64,000 bases of DNA from Flavobacteriales bacterium UBA5040 (GCA_002415135.1 DIBY01000016.1:11319-75318), one strand, 5' to 3'. Numbered from the stretch's first letter, positions 31,234 to 40,462 are shown. A program made the numbers and translations. Notes: generated by a model not told the origin, from the sequence alone.

Positions 31234-32199
31234 ATGGAATCGCAAACGGAAAAAATTCTTATCACCGGAGCCCTCGGACAAATTGGTACCGAACTGACCA
31301 ATCGATTAGTTGAAATTCATGGCGCCGAAAATGTGGTCGCTTCTGGCCTTGACCGTTGGGATAAAAACCTGACATCCGCTGGATTCTATGAAAGAATGGA
31401 TGTGACCAATACGCAACTGGTTAGACAAGTCATCAAAGATTACGGCATTACGACCGTTTATCATCTGGCTTCTCTCCTATCTGGAACGTCTGAAAAACAG
31501 CCTCTTTTTGCGTGGAAACTCAATATAGAACCTTTGCTGCAATTTTGTGAAATGGCGAAGGAAGGTTTGCTTCAAAAAATTTTCTGGCCAAGTTCTATCG
31601 CCGTTTTTGGAACAGGAATTCCGAAAGAAAATGTAGGACAGGAAGTGGTTTTAAATCCGACAACTGTTTACGGAATTTCGAAAATGGCGGGCGAAAAATG
31701 GTGCGAATATTACAATACTAAATTCGGAGTTGATGTAAGAAGCATCCGTTATCCTGGTTTGATTTCCTGGAAAACTCCTGCTGGTGGTGGAACGACTGAT
31801 TATGCTGTAGAAATTTTCTACGAAGCGGTTGAAGAAGGAAAATACACCAGTTTTATTTCTGAAAACACCGGAATGCCGATGTTATATATGAGTGATGCAA
31901 TTAAAGCAACACTTGATCTGATGGCAGCTCCAAAAGAAAGCTTAACCGTTCACACTGCCTATAATTTAGGTGGAATGTCTTTCACACCTAAAGAATTAGC
32001 CGAAGAAATTAAGAAAGAGATCCCTGAATTTACGATTGATTATAAGCCCGATTTCCGTCAGGAAATTGCGGATTCGTGGCCAGCCTCGATTGATGATTCG
32101 GTAGCCAAAAAAGATTGGGGACTTTCTTACGACTACGGCATCACCGAAATGACGCAAGATATGTTGACCAATTTAAAAGTGAAGTTGGCAAAAAATTAA
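31234..32199 (+). CDS. NAD-dependent epimerase/dehydratase, probable SDR-type L-threonine 3-dehydrogenase
   Basis: GALGQIG, PTTVYGISK, GGGTTDYAV, FRQEIADSWP. Confidence 0.85.
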   Translation: MESQTEKILITGALGQIGTELTNRLVEIHGAENVVASGLDRWDKNLTSAGFYERMDVTNTQLVRQVIKDYGITTVYHLASLLSGTSEKQPLFAWKLNIEPLLQFCEMAKEGLLQKIFWPSSIAVFGTGIPKENVGQEVVLNPTTVYGISKMAGEKWCEYYNTKFGVDVRSIRYPGLISWKTPAGGGTTDYAVEIFYEAVEEGKYTSFISENTGMPMLYMSDAIKATLDLMAAPKESLTVHTAYNLGGMSFTPKELAEEIKKEIPEFTIDYKPDFRQEIADSWPASIDDSVAKKDWGLSYDYGITEMTQDMLTNLKVKLAKN

Positions 32200-32330
32200 A
32201 ACGAACGTTTCTTCTTTATTAACAAGGAAAGAAAGTTCAGTTCAATAATCATCTGCAAAATCAAAGGAAATAGCGTTTCTGGATTTTGCAGATTTTTTTT
32301 ATACTTTCACCAAAACATTCTTATAACAAA

Positions 32331-33083
32331 ATGATTCTACTGACTTTTAATATTATTAATCCTGATCGGGCATTTAAAAATGTTGCAGGGCTAAGCGACG
32401 AGGAACTTTTAGAACTTACCATTCAAAACACCAAAGCGATCTTACGAAGTTTAGATAATAAAGAAATTCGTGCGACCTTCTTCATTGAAATTTCGCTCGT
32501 TTCTAACCTGGAGAAATTAATAAAAAAAATAATTGCTGACGGTCATGAAATCTCCTTCTATAATATCGATTCTACTTTAAGTCAATTGGAGGAAATTAAA
32601 AAGTGGACTGAAGATCTTATCGGCAAACAGATCCGCGGAATTAGAATGAAAGAAAACGACTTTCTTTTAAGTGAGATCCATAATTTACGGTTCAGTTATG
32701 TTTCTCTGGATGAAGACACGGCTTTGATTTTTCCCTTTAAAAGGTTTGAGCGAAAAGCATCTTTCACTGAGCAAAATGGATTGAGTATTCTGCATGAAAG
32801 CATTTCCCGTTATTCCCAAATTCCGTACAATGATTTTATTTTTCAGATCATTCCTCTTTCTTTTTATGAAAGCATGGTGATTGAAACCATTAAAAAAGAT
32901 GAATTTGTGTTGGTTTATCTAAACTCGTGGCAGTTCACTGATTTTGAGAAAAAATCATTTGACGTTTCATTTTATAAAAAATACAATTCCGGTAAAAAAC
33001 TGCATGACAAATTAGATGATTTTTGCAACTGGATGATTGAAAATGAACTCGCCAATGCTCGGGTCAAAGATTTTGCATTTTAG
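32331..33083 (+). CDS. Polysaccharide deacetylase-like protein (degenerate motifs)
   Basis: RATFFI, DGHEIS, IRGIR, YLNSWQF layout of the NodB/DUF3473 type. Confidence 0.6.
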   Translation: MILLTFNIINPDRAFKNVAGLSDEELLELTIQNTKAILRSLDNKEIRATFFIEISLVSNLEKLIKKIIADGHEISFYNIDSTLSQLEEIKKWTEDLIGKQIRGIRMKENDFLLSEIHNLRFSYVSLDEDTALIFPFKRFERKASFTEQNGLSILHESISRYSQIPYNDFIFQIIPLSFYESMVIETIKKDEFVLVYLNSWQFTDFEKKSFDVSFYKKYNSGKKLHDKLDDFCNWMIENELANARVKDFAF

Positions 33084-33237
33084 TGCGTCAATGCTTTCTA
33101 TATCTATTTTTTTCATATTATAAAATCCTTACCTAAAAGTTAAATTCAATAAAGACTAATTAAAAATACGTACAAAATTTTGCATAATAAGTTTATTTAA
33201 CCTATTTTTGAAATACGTTTAACTAAATTATACTATT

Positions 33238-34782
33238 ATGAAAAAACTTTTACTTTTCGGTTCCTTGCTGGCATTGCCTTTTGCCGCGTACGGACAAACC
33301 TATTTTTATGATGATTTTAATGACAAAGATGTCTCCAATTGGACTCGGTATGATGTTGATGGCGATGGGAATCAATGGGCAGATATCTTTCAAGTAACTG
33401 ATACTGATGGAACGCCCGTAACACCAGTTTCAATGATTTCGAGATCTTGGCAAGGTTCACCTTTGACCCCTAACAACTGGATTGTATCACCGGCGATCGA
33501 CCTTACTGCTGCCACGGGCGTTGTCAATCTTTCCTGGAAAGTACAATGTGCCGCCCAAACATGGGATACCGAAAAATACTCGGTATATGTCTCTACCTCA
33601 AGTGATATGGCTACTTTGATGGCCTCTCCAGTTACTTTCTCAGAAGTTTATGATGATCCGGCAAATGAGGGAACTTCCTATTTAAGAATGCTGGATGTTA
33701 GCAGTTTGGTAGGTCAAACGATCTATGTTGCGTTCCGTCATCATGATGTTACAGATCAAGATTTTATTTCGATTGATGATGTTAAAGTTGCTGCACCAGC
33801 AACGATCGCTCCTGACTGTGCAGCTCCGCTAGCACCAGCAAACGGTTCAACTGAAGTTGCGTATAATTCTGTCAACTTAACCTGGACTGCCCCAGCGGCT
33901 GGAGCTTCTGTAGATTCGTATGATATTTATTTGGATAAAAATCCAACGCCTACAACTCTGGTTGGTAATTCTTCTGGACTAAGCTTCACAGCAACTAATT
34001 TAGATGCGTCGTCAACCTATTACTGGCAAGTAGTTCCAAAAAATACAGCAGGTTCTGCAACTGGTTGTGCAATCAGTTCATTTGCAACTTCTGGCGCAAT
34101 TTACTGTAGCGCAGGTGCAACATCGACCAGTTTCGAAAAAATATCCAACGTAACTTTTGCGGATATCAACAATAATTCTACTTCTCCGGCAGGTTACGAA
34201 GATTTCACCCAAGTGGTAGGTAATGTTACAGCAGGTGCAACTTACACGTTTACCGCTAGCTTCTCTGGTAACTCTTACTCAGATGATCAAGTACTGGTTT
34301 GGATCGACTATAACAACGATAAAGACTTTAATGATGCAGGCGAAGAAGTTTTGGTAACTCCGAAAAAAGCATCACCTTGGACAGGATCGATTACCATTCC
34401 AGCAAATGTAGCTTCAGGTCAGGTAAGAATGAGAGTTAGAATGCATGATTCTTCATTAACTCCTAACGTAACTCCTTGTGGAACTTCTAGTTTTGGACAA
34501 GTTGAAGATTATACTTTAAACCTTACTTCATTAGCAGTTTCTAATGTAAACAAAGCTCAAGTTAAGGTATATCCTAACCCAGTAGTTGATGTGTTAAATA
34601 TCGAAGCTGACTCTAAAGTAAGCACGGTTCAAGTATTTGACCTCACTGGTAAAGTAGTTTCTTCACATGCTTTAAACGCTGTGAAAAACCAAGTGAATCT
34701 TAGCAAATTAACTCCAGGAGTTTATGTTGTTACTATTCAAACTGAGAAAGGAATTCAGTCAGTGAAAATTGTTAAAAAATAA
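33238..34782 (+). CDS. T9SS type A sorting protein with cleaved-adhesin (choice-of-anchor J), FN3-like and GEVED domains
   Basis: DVDGDG..W, NWIVSP, YVAFRH, IDDV; WIDYNND..F, GQVEDY; C-terminal YPNP...GVY...KIVKK. Confidence 0.88.
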   Translation: MKKLLLFGSLLALPFAAYGQTYFYDDFNDKDVSNWTRYDVDGDGNQWADIFQVTDTDGTPVTPVSMISRSWQGSPLTPNNWIVSPAIDLTAATGVVNLSWKVQCAAQTWDTEKYSVYVSTSSDMATLMASPVTFSEVYDDPANEGTSYLRMLDVSSLVGQTIYVAFRHHDVTDQDFISIDDVKVAAPATIAPDCAAPLAPANGSTEVAYNSVNLTWTAPAAGASVDSYDIYLDKNPTPTTLVGNSSGLSFTATNLDASSTYYWQVVPKNTAGSATGCAISSFATSGAIYCSAGATSTSFEKISNVTFADINNNSTSPAGYEDFTQVVGNVTAGATYTFTASFSGNSYSDDQVLVWIDYNNDKDFNDAGEEVLVTPKKASPWTGSITIPANVASGQVRMRVRMHDSSLTPNVTPCGTSSFGQVEDYTLNLTSLAVSNVNKAQVKVYPNPVVDVLNIEADSKVSTVQVFDLTGKVVSSHALNAVKNQVNLSKLTPGVYVVTIQTEKGIQSVKIVKK

Positions 34783-34805
34783 TACTGATCAATTTGAACA
34801 ATAGG

Positions 34806-34833
34806 AAGGTCTGCACGAGTGCAGACCTTTTTT
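34806..34833 (+). terminator. Intrinsic terminator
   Basis: AAGGTCTGCAC-GA-GTGCAGACCTTTTTT. Confidence 0.8.
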
Positions 34834-34894
34834 GATGACTAAAATTAAAGTTGATTAAGCGAAATAAACCGTTAAAAAATTATATTTTTGCAGT

Positions 34895-36238
34895 ATGCGA
34901 AGTCTCTTTATTCTTATTCGCCAATCCATCAAAAATTCTTTTGATAACATTCACAACGAAAACCTGAAGCACAATTTGCTCCAGGCAATCCCATTTTGGA
35001 TCGGTTCATTCATCACCGGAGTTTTCGCCGTTTTTTATGCACAACTGTTTCAGTGGGGAGAAAATCTGATGCACGCCATGATGAACTGGCACAGCTGGCT
35101 TATCTTCATCGTATCTCCCGTTGCATTCGTTCTGTCCTGGTGGTTGGTGAAAAGATTTGCTCCGTATGGTAAGGGAAGCGGAATTCCGCAAGTAATGGCT
35201 GCTGTAGAATTAGCAAATCCAAAGGAACATTATAAGATCTCTAAATTACTCAGTATTAAGATCATCATCTTCAAAGTCTTGTCCTCCATTGTTTTAGTCA
35301 TTGGTGGTGGTGCGGTTGGTCGGGAAGGTCCGACGATACAGATTGCAGGATCAGTCTTTCGAAAAGTAAATGAATATCTACCCGAATGGTGGCCAAAGAT
35401 CTCTAAGAAAAATATGATCATGACCGGTGCTGCGGCCGGACTTTCTGCTGCGTTCAATACGCCATTGGGTGGGATTGTTTTCGCTGTAGAAGAACTTTCA
35501 AAAACGCATATCAATTATTTTAAAACCGCTTTATTTACGGCGGTCATCATCGCAGGTTTAACTGCCCAAACCTTTGCAGGTTCATATCTCTATTTAGGAT
35601 ATCCGAAAACCAGCGACATCAGCATGATGATCATCTTTCCAGTGATTTTGACTTCTGCCGTTTCCGGCATTTTCGCCAGTCAGCTATCGCGAATAATGAT
35701 CAGCATTAGTAACTGGAAAAAAAGACTGAAAACGGATCGTTCCAACATTATCTTTTTGGTAATCTCCGCTTTAATCATCGCTTCTCTCGCCTATTTTATC
35801 AATCAAGAAATCTTAGGCTCGGGAAAAGGAATTATGCAAAGAGTGTTGTTCACCGAAAATAAGAACGAAGCCTGGTACATGCCTTTATTCAGAATGATCG
35901 GTCCGGCTTTATCGTTTACCTCAGGTGGCGCGGGCGGAATTTTCGCTCCAGCTTTAGCTGCAGGTGCAAGTATGGGAGCGGTGATTGCCGGCTGGATCAA
36001 TTTAACGCCACATGAAACCAATGTCGTTATTCTTGCAGGAATGGTTGCCTTTCTAACCGGGATTACACGTGCACCATTTACTTCTTCCATCATTGTTTTA
36101 GAAATGACCGATCGCCACAGTTTGATTTTTTACCTAATGCTGGCTGGTATGGTTTCTTCGCTAATTTCTGTTTTAGTCAGCAAACATTCACTTTACGACC
36201 AGTTAAAAGTAATGTATCTGGACGAACTACGGAAATAA
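34895..36238 (+). CDS. ClC-family chloride channel / H+/Cl- antiporter
   Basis: GSGIP, GREGP, AAFNTPLGG, GGIFAP. Confidence 0.93.
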   Translation: MRSLFILIRQSIKNSFDNIHNENLKHNLLQAIPFWIGSFITGVFAVFYAQLFQWGENLMHAMMNWHSWLIFIVSPVAFVLSWWLVKRFAPYGKGSGIPQVMAAVELANPKEHYKISKLLSIKIIIFKVLSSIVLVIGGGAVGREGPTIQIAGSVFRKVNEYLPEWWPKISKKNMIMTGAAAGLSAAFNTPLGGIVFAVEELSKTHINYFKTALFTAVIIAGLTAQTFAGSYLYLGYPKTSDISMMIIFPVILTSAVSGIFASQLSRIMISISNWKKRLKTDRSNIIFLVISALIIASLAYFINQEILGSGKGIMQRVLFTENKNEAWYMPLFRMIGPALSFTSGGAGGIFAPALAAGASMGAVIAGWINLTPHETNVVILAGMVAFLTGITRAPFTSSIIVLEMTDRHSLIFYLMLAGMVSSLISVLVSKHSLYDQLKVMYLDELRK

Positions 36239-36276
36239 TAAGGAGCTTCAACATCAGGCGTTTTTACCTATTCAGA

Positions 36277-36342
36277 CCCGCTCTACACTGTATCTTTTTT
36301 CGTCGTTCCTCCTCAAAAAGGATGTCGTTACGATCGGGGCTA
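36277..36342 (-). repeat. Dispersed structured repeat, Flavo-1-like
   Basis: Minus strand TAGCCCCGATCGTAACGACATCCTTTT...AAAAGATACAGTGTAGAGCGGG, matching the copy at 49037. Confidence 0.7.
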
Positions 36343-36492
36343 CCACTTCGAGCAGTTTTTTTATTGCAAATGAATTAGTTGTAAAAACAATCTCCGTATT
36401 TTCCATATCTCAACTTGCGTATTTTGCATAACTCTAAACGAATAAAAAAAACCATCGCTCTGTCAGAGCGGATTACACCCTAAATAAATATT

Positions 36493-36535
36493 TTTGTTGT
36501 ATTGGGAAAGTTGTGTATATTTGAGAGTTAGCAGT
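36493..36535 (+). promoter_or_regulatory. Consensus promoter abutting first cassette core site (Pc/attI-like)
   Basis: TTTG 36493-36496, 19 nt, TATATTTG 36516-36523, then GTTAGCAGT 36527-36535. Confidence 0.65.
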
Positions 36536-36553
36536 AACTTTAAAAGAACGAAC

Positions 36554-36925
36554 GTGCATAAAGAAACATTCATAACACTTACGGAATTGATTGATGTTTT
36601 GGAAAGCGATCCCACAGATAATAATTATAAATCTACTGTGGATAATCTGTTAGAAGCATTTACAGATTGGCCGACCGAAAACATAGAAGTTTCCGAGATG
36701 ATCCCAGAATTAAAAAAAGAAGTACAAGACAAACTTACATTTGATAATATAAGTAGATTTTTAAAAACGCTAAATCCAATTAAAGATGCTTGGAAAATGG
36801 AATCATTGAGTTCTATCTTAGAATTATTTGATTTTGAGCAAAACAAAAATGTGAATAAAGAAATTGAATTGGAAGATATTCTTGAAAAAATAACTGAACA
36901 TTATAGGAATAAAAGCAACTGCTAA
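36554..36925 (+). CDS. Hypothetical protein, cassette 1
   Basis: GTG start after the GTT core; stop TAA lies inside ACTGCTAAC. Confidence 0.7.
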   Translation: MHKETFITLTELIDVLESDPTDNNYKSTVDNLLEAFTDWPTENIEVSEMIPELKKEVQDKLTFDNISRFLKTLNPIKDAWKMESLSSILELFDFEQNKNVNKEIELEDILEKITEHYRNKSNC

Positions 36926-37049
36926 CATCGTATTGGCAATAGTGCGGAGGAATTTCAAGTTTAACCATTTTAGATGTTCCGAAGATTAATTTATAATAAA
37001 AAAGTTTCCGCGCTTAAGCCGCACCATCGCCAATACGTAACCGTTGTGT
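36918..37049. repeat. attC-like palindromic site 1
   Basis: GCTAAC, arm CGTATTGGCAATAGTGCGG (36929-36947), arm CCGCACCATCGCCAATACG (37019-37037), GTTGTG at 37043. Confidence 0.8.
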
Positions 37050-37072
37050 ATCAGTTTATAACCCCGAATAAA

Positions 37073-37717
37073 ATGAATATATCAGTAATTATATCAATTT
37101 TGTTTTTACTTTTTTCTTGTAATGGGAAGAACACTAAATTTGTTGAAAAAGATGACACACTAAAAGACACTTTAAAAACAATTTCTACAAATAAAATTAA
37201 AACCGAGAGTAGTAAAGTTGAAGACTTACAAAATGAAGTGATGTTAGAAACTGACATTTTATTTAACGGTAAATTAAACAGGTATTTTAGTTTAAATCAA
37301 TTCCAAAAAGTATTTGGAAAAACTGACAGTATAAAATTGATGTCCGAAGAAGCACCTTGTACTTATATTTTTGAAAATGGAGATGGAAATAAAGATTTGG
37401 ACGATAAATATCTTTATAAAGATGGGTCGAGATTTGAAAACACAAAACAAAAAGTTGCTGTTGATGAATTTAGATTTACAAAAAATAATTTTATTTTATT
37501 TAAGGGAAAAAAATTAAACTCAATAACGACAATTTCCGAATTACGAATACTTTTTCCAAACGCAACAAAAAATATTGGTATTTTAGATGTTGATGAAGAA
37601 GGTGAACTACAAGTTATTCAATTAAGAGAAGATGGAAACAATATTTCTGACGGACATATAAAAATATTCGTAAAAAATGGGAAATTATACTTTATTCATT
37701 GGTGGTTTCCCTGCTAA
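37073..37717 (+). CDS. Hypothetical lipoprotein, cassette 2
   Basis: MNISVIISILFLLFSC lipobox; start lies after repeat 1. Confidence 0.75.
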   Translation: MNISVIISILFLLFSCNGKNTKFVEKDDTLKDTLKTISTNKIKTESSKVEDLQNEVMLETDILFNGKLNRYFSLNQFQKVFGKTDSIKLMSEEAPCTYIFENGDGNKDLDDKYLYKDGSRFENTKQKVAVDEFRFTKNNFILFKGKKLNSITTISELRILFPNATKNIGILDVDEEGELQVIQLREDGNNISDGHIKIFVKNGKLYFIHWWFPC

Positions 37718-37720
37718 CAA

Positions 37721-37858
37721 AACTGAACGCACAACATCGTATTCGCAATAGTGCGGAGGAATCGCAATTTTAACCATTTTAGATTTTGCGAAGAGTATTT
37801 ATAATAAGTAAGTTTCCGCGTTTAAGCCGCACCATCGCAAAGCTGAAAACCGGTATAC
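37721..37858. repeat. attC-like palindromic site 2 (right end divergent)
   Basis: Near copy of site 1: CACAAC-AT-CGTATTCGCAATAGTGCGGAGGAA...TTAAGCCGCACCATCGC; ends CCGGTATAC instead of CCGTT. Confidence 0.75.
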
Positions 37859-37881
37859 TTAACAAAGTACGTTCTAAATTC

Positions 37882-38676
37882 ATGGAAAAATTAAAGAATA
37901 AACTACTAACAGAAATCCAGTTTTCAAATCTTTTTTTAGAAAAATTATGTGAAAAAGTAAACGGGATTTCATTACTAAGTATTGAAAGTTTAGAAATTAA
38001 AACGCAGGACAAAAAAGGTGAACAGTTTTCTCACTACTTGAATAACAGTTATTCAGAATATCGTTGTAATCCAGAAGAACTGGATGAAATAATCGCACGA
38101 TACATAAACGGTTCTAAAACTTTGTATTCAGAAAAAGAATCAATAGAATTGTCTAGGATTATTCCAATAATTAAAGATCATCGCTTTGTATTGGAATTAT
38201 CTAACCTAACTGAAAATCTTGACGACCATGTTTATGAAAAATACAATTCAGATTTGTACATTTTCTACGCCGAAGACCTTGAAAGCAGTATTTCTTATTT
38301 AAAAAAGCAAGATTTAAAGTCTTTAAACCTGGAATTAAATCAACTCAAAAATCTGGCAATCGAAAATTTGAAATCAGTAATTGAGAATATCGAACGAAAC
38401 GGTAACGAAGAAATTTTCATGTTAATTGCGGGTGGAAATTATGAATCATGTTTAATACTATTAGACATTTGGAATCATGATAACTTTCCTGTTAATGGTG
38501 AAATAATTGTAGCGATTCCAGCCCGCGATTTACTTTTTGTAACTGGAAGCAATTCTATATCTGAGATTGATGAACTAAAAAACAGAGTAAAAGAAATAAA
38601 TGAAACTGGAGATCATATTGTTTCGAATAAATTGTTCAAAATGAATGACTCGAATATTTTTGAAGTTTGGAAATAA
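37882..38676 (+). CDS. DUF1444-like protein, cassette 3
   Basis: RIIPIIK, YAED, LAIENL, GGNYES, VAIPARDLL pattern recalled for DUF1444. Confidence 0.6.
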   Translation: MEKLKNKLLTEIQFSNLFLEKLCEKVNGISLLSIESLEIKTQDKKGEQFSHYLNNSYSEYRCNPEELDEIIARYINGSKTLYSEKESIELSRIIPIIKDHRFVLELSNLTENLDDHVYEKYNSDLYIFYAEDLESSISYLKKQDLKSLNLELNQLKNLAIENLKSVIENIERNGNEEIFMLIAGGNYESCLILLDIWNHDNFPVNGEIIVAIPARDLLFVTGSNSISEIDELKNRVKEINETGDHIVSNKLFKMNDSNIFEVWK

Positions 38677-38678
38677 AA

Positions 38679-38812
38679 TATTTCGCAGAACAAGATAATT
38701 CTAAAATCGGTTATGAAGTTTACTTCGAAGATTTTAACAATTAATTAAGTTTTTAACAAGCAGAAAGATTTCGTATTTTTATCCCACCTGCGGAAATACC
38801 CAAACGTTAGCG
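38679..38812. repeat. attC-like site 3 (left core missing)
   Basis: TATTTCGCAG (38679-38688) pairs with CTGCGGAAATA (38788-38798); GTTAGCG at 38806. Confidence 0.6.
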
Positions 38813-38817
38813 ACAAT

Positions 38818-40457
38818 CCCCCCTATACCACCGAATTGACTTCTCAAGCTAACGTTTGGTAGTTATGAGAAATATTTTCTAATTTTATTATGCTCTTTGC
38901 AAGGCCGATTTTAAAACTGTTGCGTAATAGCACGGGTGCAATCCTGGTTGAGATGTATGTGATGACTTCAGTGGCGGTCTGATTGATCAGAACCCCGTTC
39001 AGAATATTTTTTTTAGCCTAAAGAACATCTCCTTAGAGTATTTTTAATCATTAATTTTTGAAAATATGAATGAGAACAAAATTTCAATGGAAATTGTCAA
39101 TTCAAATGCAGCAGGAATTGATATTGGAAGTCGCTCACACTGGGTTGCGGTTGGCCAAAAAGAGGAAGATATTAAAGAGTTTGGTGTTTTCAATGAGGAC
39201 TTGAAAAATTTGTCAAATTGGTTGAAAGAAAGGAACATTCAAACAGTTGCCATGGAAAGCACAGGAACCTATTGGCAAGCACTTTATGCTATCTTATTGG
39301 CTGATGGATTCCAAGTTATTTTATGTAATGGTAAATTTACTAAAAACATAAAAGGCAGAAAAACAGACGTTCAAGACTGTCAATGGATTCAAAAACTACA
39401 CAGTATTGGATTGTTAACAGGTAGTTTTCTGCCCGATGAAACTACCGAAAAACTCCGTACCTATTGTCGTGATCGAGCAAACTTATTAGATTCTGCAGCC
39501 AGCACTTCTAAAAAAATGCAAAAATACTTACGCCTACTCAACCTCCGATTGGATGTGGTGGTAAATGACATTTGTGGTTTAACCGGACTTCTCATTATTC
39601 ATGCAATTTGCAACGGAGAAACAGATGCCTTAAAATTAGCAGAATTAAGACACGGTAATTGTAGAAAAACCGAAAAAGAAATTGCAAAAGCACTTCATAC
39701 CAATGGAAGAGAAGATTATTTATTTGCCCTGAATCAAGAGCTTGAAATGTATGAAGTCTTGCAAAGTAAAATTTCACAATGCGATGTAGAAATTGAGAAA
39801 ATATTAAATACAACAATTGATGAAGACAACAATAAAAAAGAACACTACATAGAACCTAAAAAGCACAAAAAAATCAATAAAAATACTCCTAAGAATATCG
39901 ACTTAAATTTAATGGCTTATCAATATTTTGAAGGCGTAGATTTACTGGCAATAGAAGGAGTTTCCTATTCAACCGTACTTTCTATAATGAGTGAAGTTGG
40001 ATTGGAAGGCATCAAGAAATTCCCGACGGCAAAACACTTTGCAAGTTGGTTAAGATTGACTCCAAATAATAAAATAAGTGGTGGTAAAATACTTTCTAAT
40101 AGAATCCCAAAAGGAAGTAACCGTTTAAAAATAGCCTTAAGAAATGCAGCAAATGCGATTGGTAATTTAAAAGATTCCACACCATTATCGGATTTTTTCA
40201 AGCGAATCAATTTTAGAAAAGGCAGAGTATCTGCAATCTCAGCAACTGCAAGGAAATTAGCAATCATTATTTGGAATATGGTCGTTAAAAATCAATCCTA
40301 CGTCAATCCTGAAGGCTACTTATTTTTGGACGAAAAAAGAAATCTAGGTTTAGTAAAAAGGATTCAAAAGCAAATCACTAAATTTGGTCTGACTAATGAA
40401 GATGTCAGTTTCGTAACTAGCTCATTGTAAATAAAAAAGAAAAACGTTAGTCAGAAT
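38818..40457 (+). mobile_element. IS110-family insertion sequence (ends inferred)
   Basis: Transposase plus ~250 bp left non-coding end; flanked by AAACGTTAG-N4-AAT on both sides (38802-38817, 40442-40457). Confidence 0.75.
39066..40430 (+). CDS. IS110-family transposase/recombinase (DEDD RuvC-like plus Tnp20)
   Basis: GIDIG, MESTGTYW, KTDVQD, FASWLRLTP..ISGG, ATARKLA. Confidence 0.93.
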   Translation: MNENKISMEIVNSNAAGIDIGSRSHWVAVGQKEEDIKEFGVFNEDLKNLSNWLKERNIQTVAMESTGTYWQALYAILLADGFQVILCNGKFTKNIKGRKTDVQDCQWIQKLHSIGLLTGSFLPDETTEKLRTYCRDRANLLDSAASTSKKMQKYLRLLNLRLDVVVNDICGLTGLLIIHAICNGETDALKLAELRHGNCRKTEKEIAKALHTNGREDYLFALNQELEMYEVLQSKISQCDVEIEKILNTTIDEDNNKKEHYIEPKKHKKINKNTPKNIDLNLMAYQYFEGVDLLAIEGVSYSTVLSIMSEVGLEGIKKFPTAKHFASWLRLTPNNKISGGKILSNRIPKGSNRLKIALRNAANAIGNLKDSTPLSDFFKRINFRKGRVSAISATARKLAIIIWNMVVKNQSYVNPEGYLFLDEKRNLGLVKRIQKQITKFGLTNEDVSFVTSSL

Positions 40458-40462
40458 ATTTT

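Noticed and set aside
36355..36391. Possible extra attC right-end remnant (ATTGCAAATGAATTAGTTGTAAAAACAAT)
   Set aside because: No matching left arm and no ORF follows; too weak
36974..37072. N-terminal extensions of track ORFs 36974..37717 and 37786..38676 (and 36494 start)
   Set aside because: They only translate the palindromic repeat or promoter; downstream starts give a proper lipoprotein signal or sit after the GTT core
36918..38812. CRISPR array interpretation of the repeated elements
   Set aside because: Repeats are over 120 bp, the intervals are whole genes of 0.4-0.8 kb, and no cas genes are present
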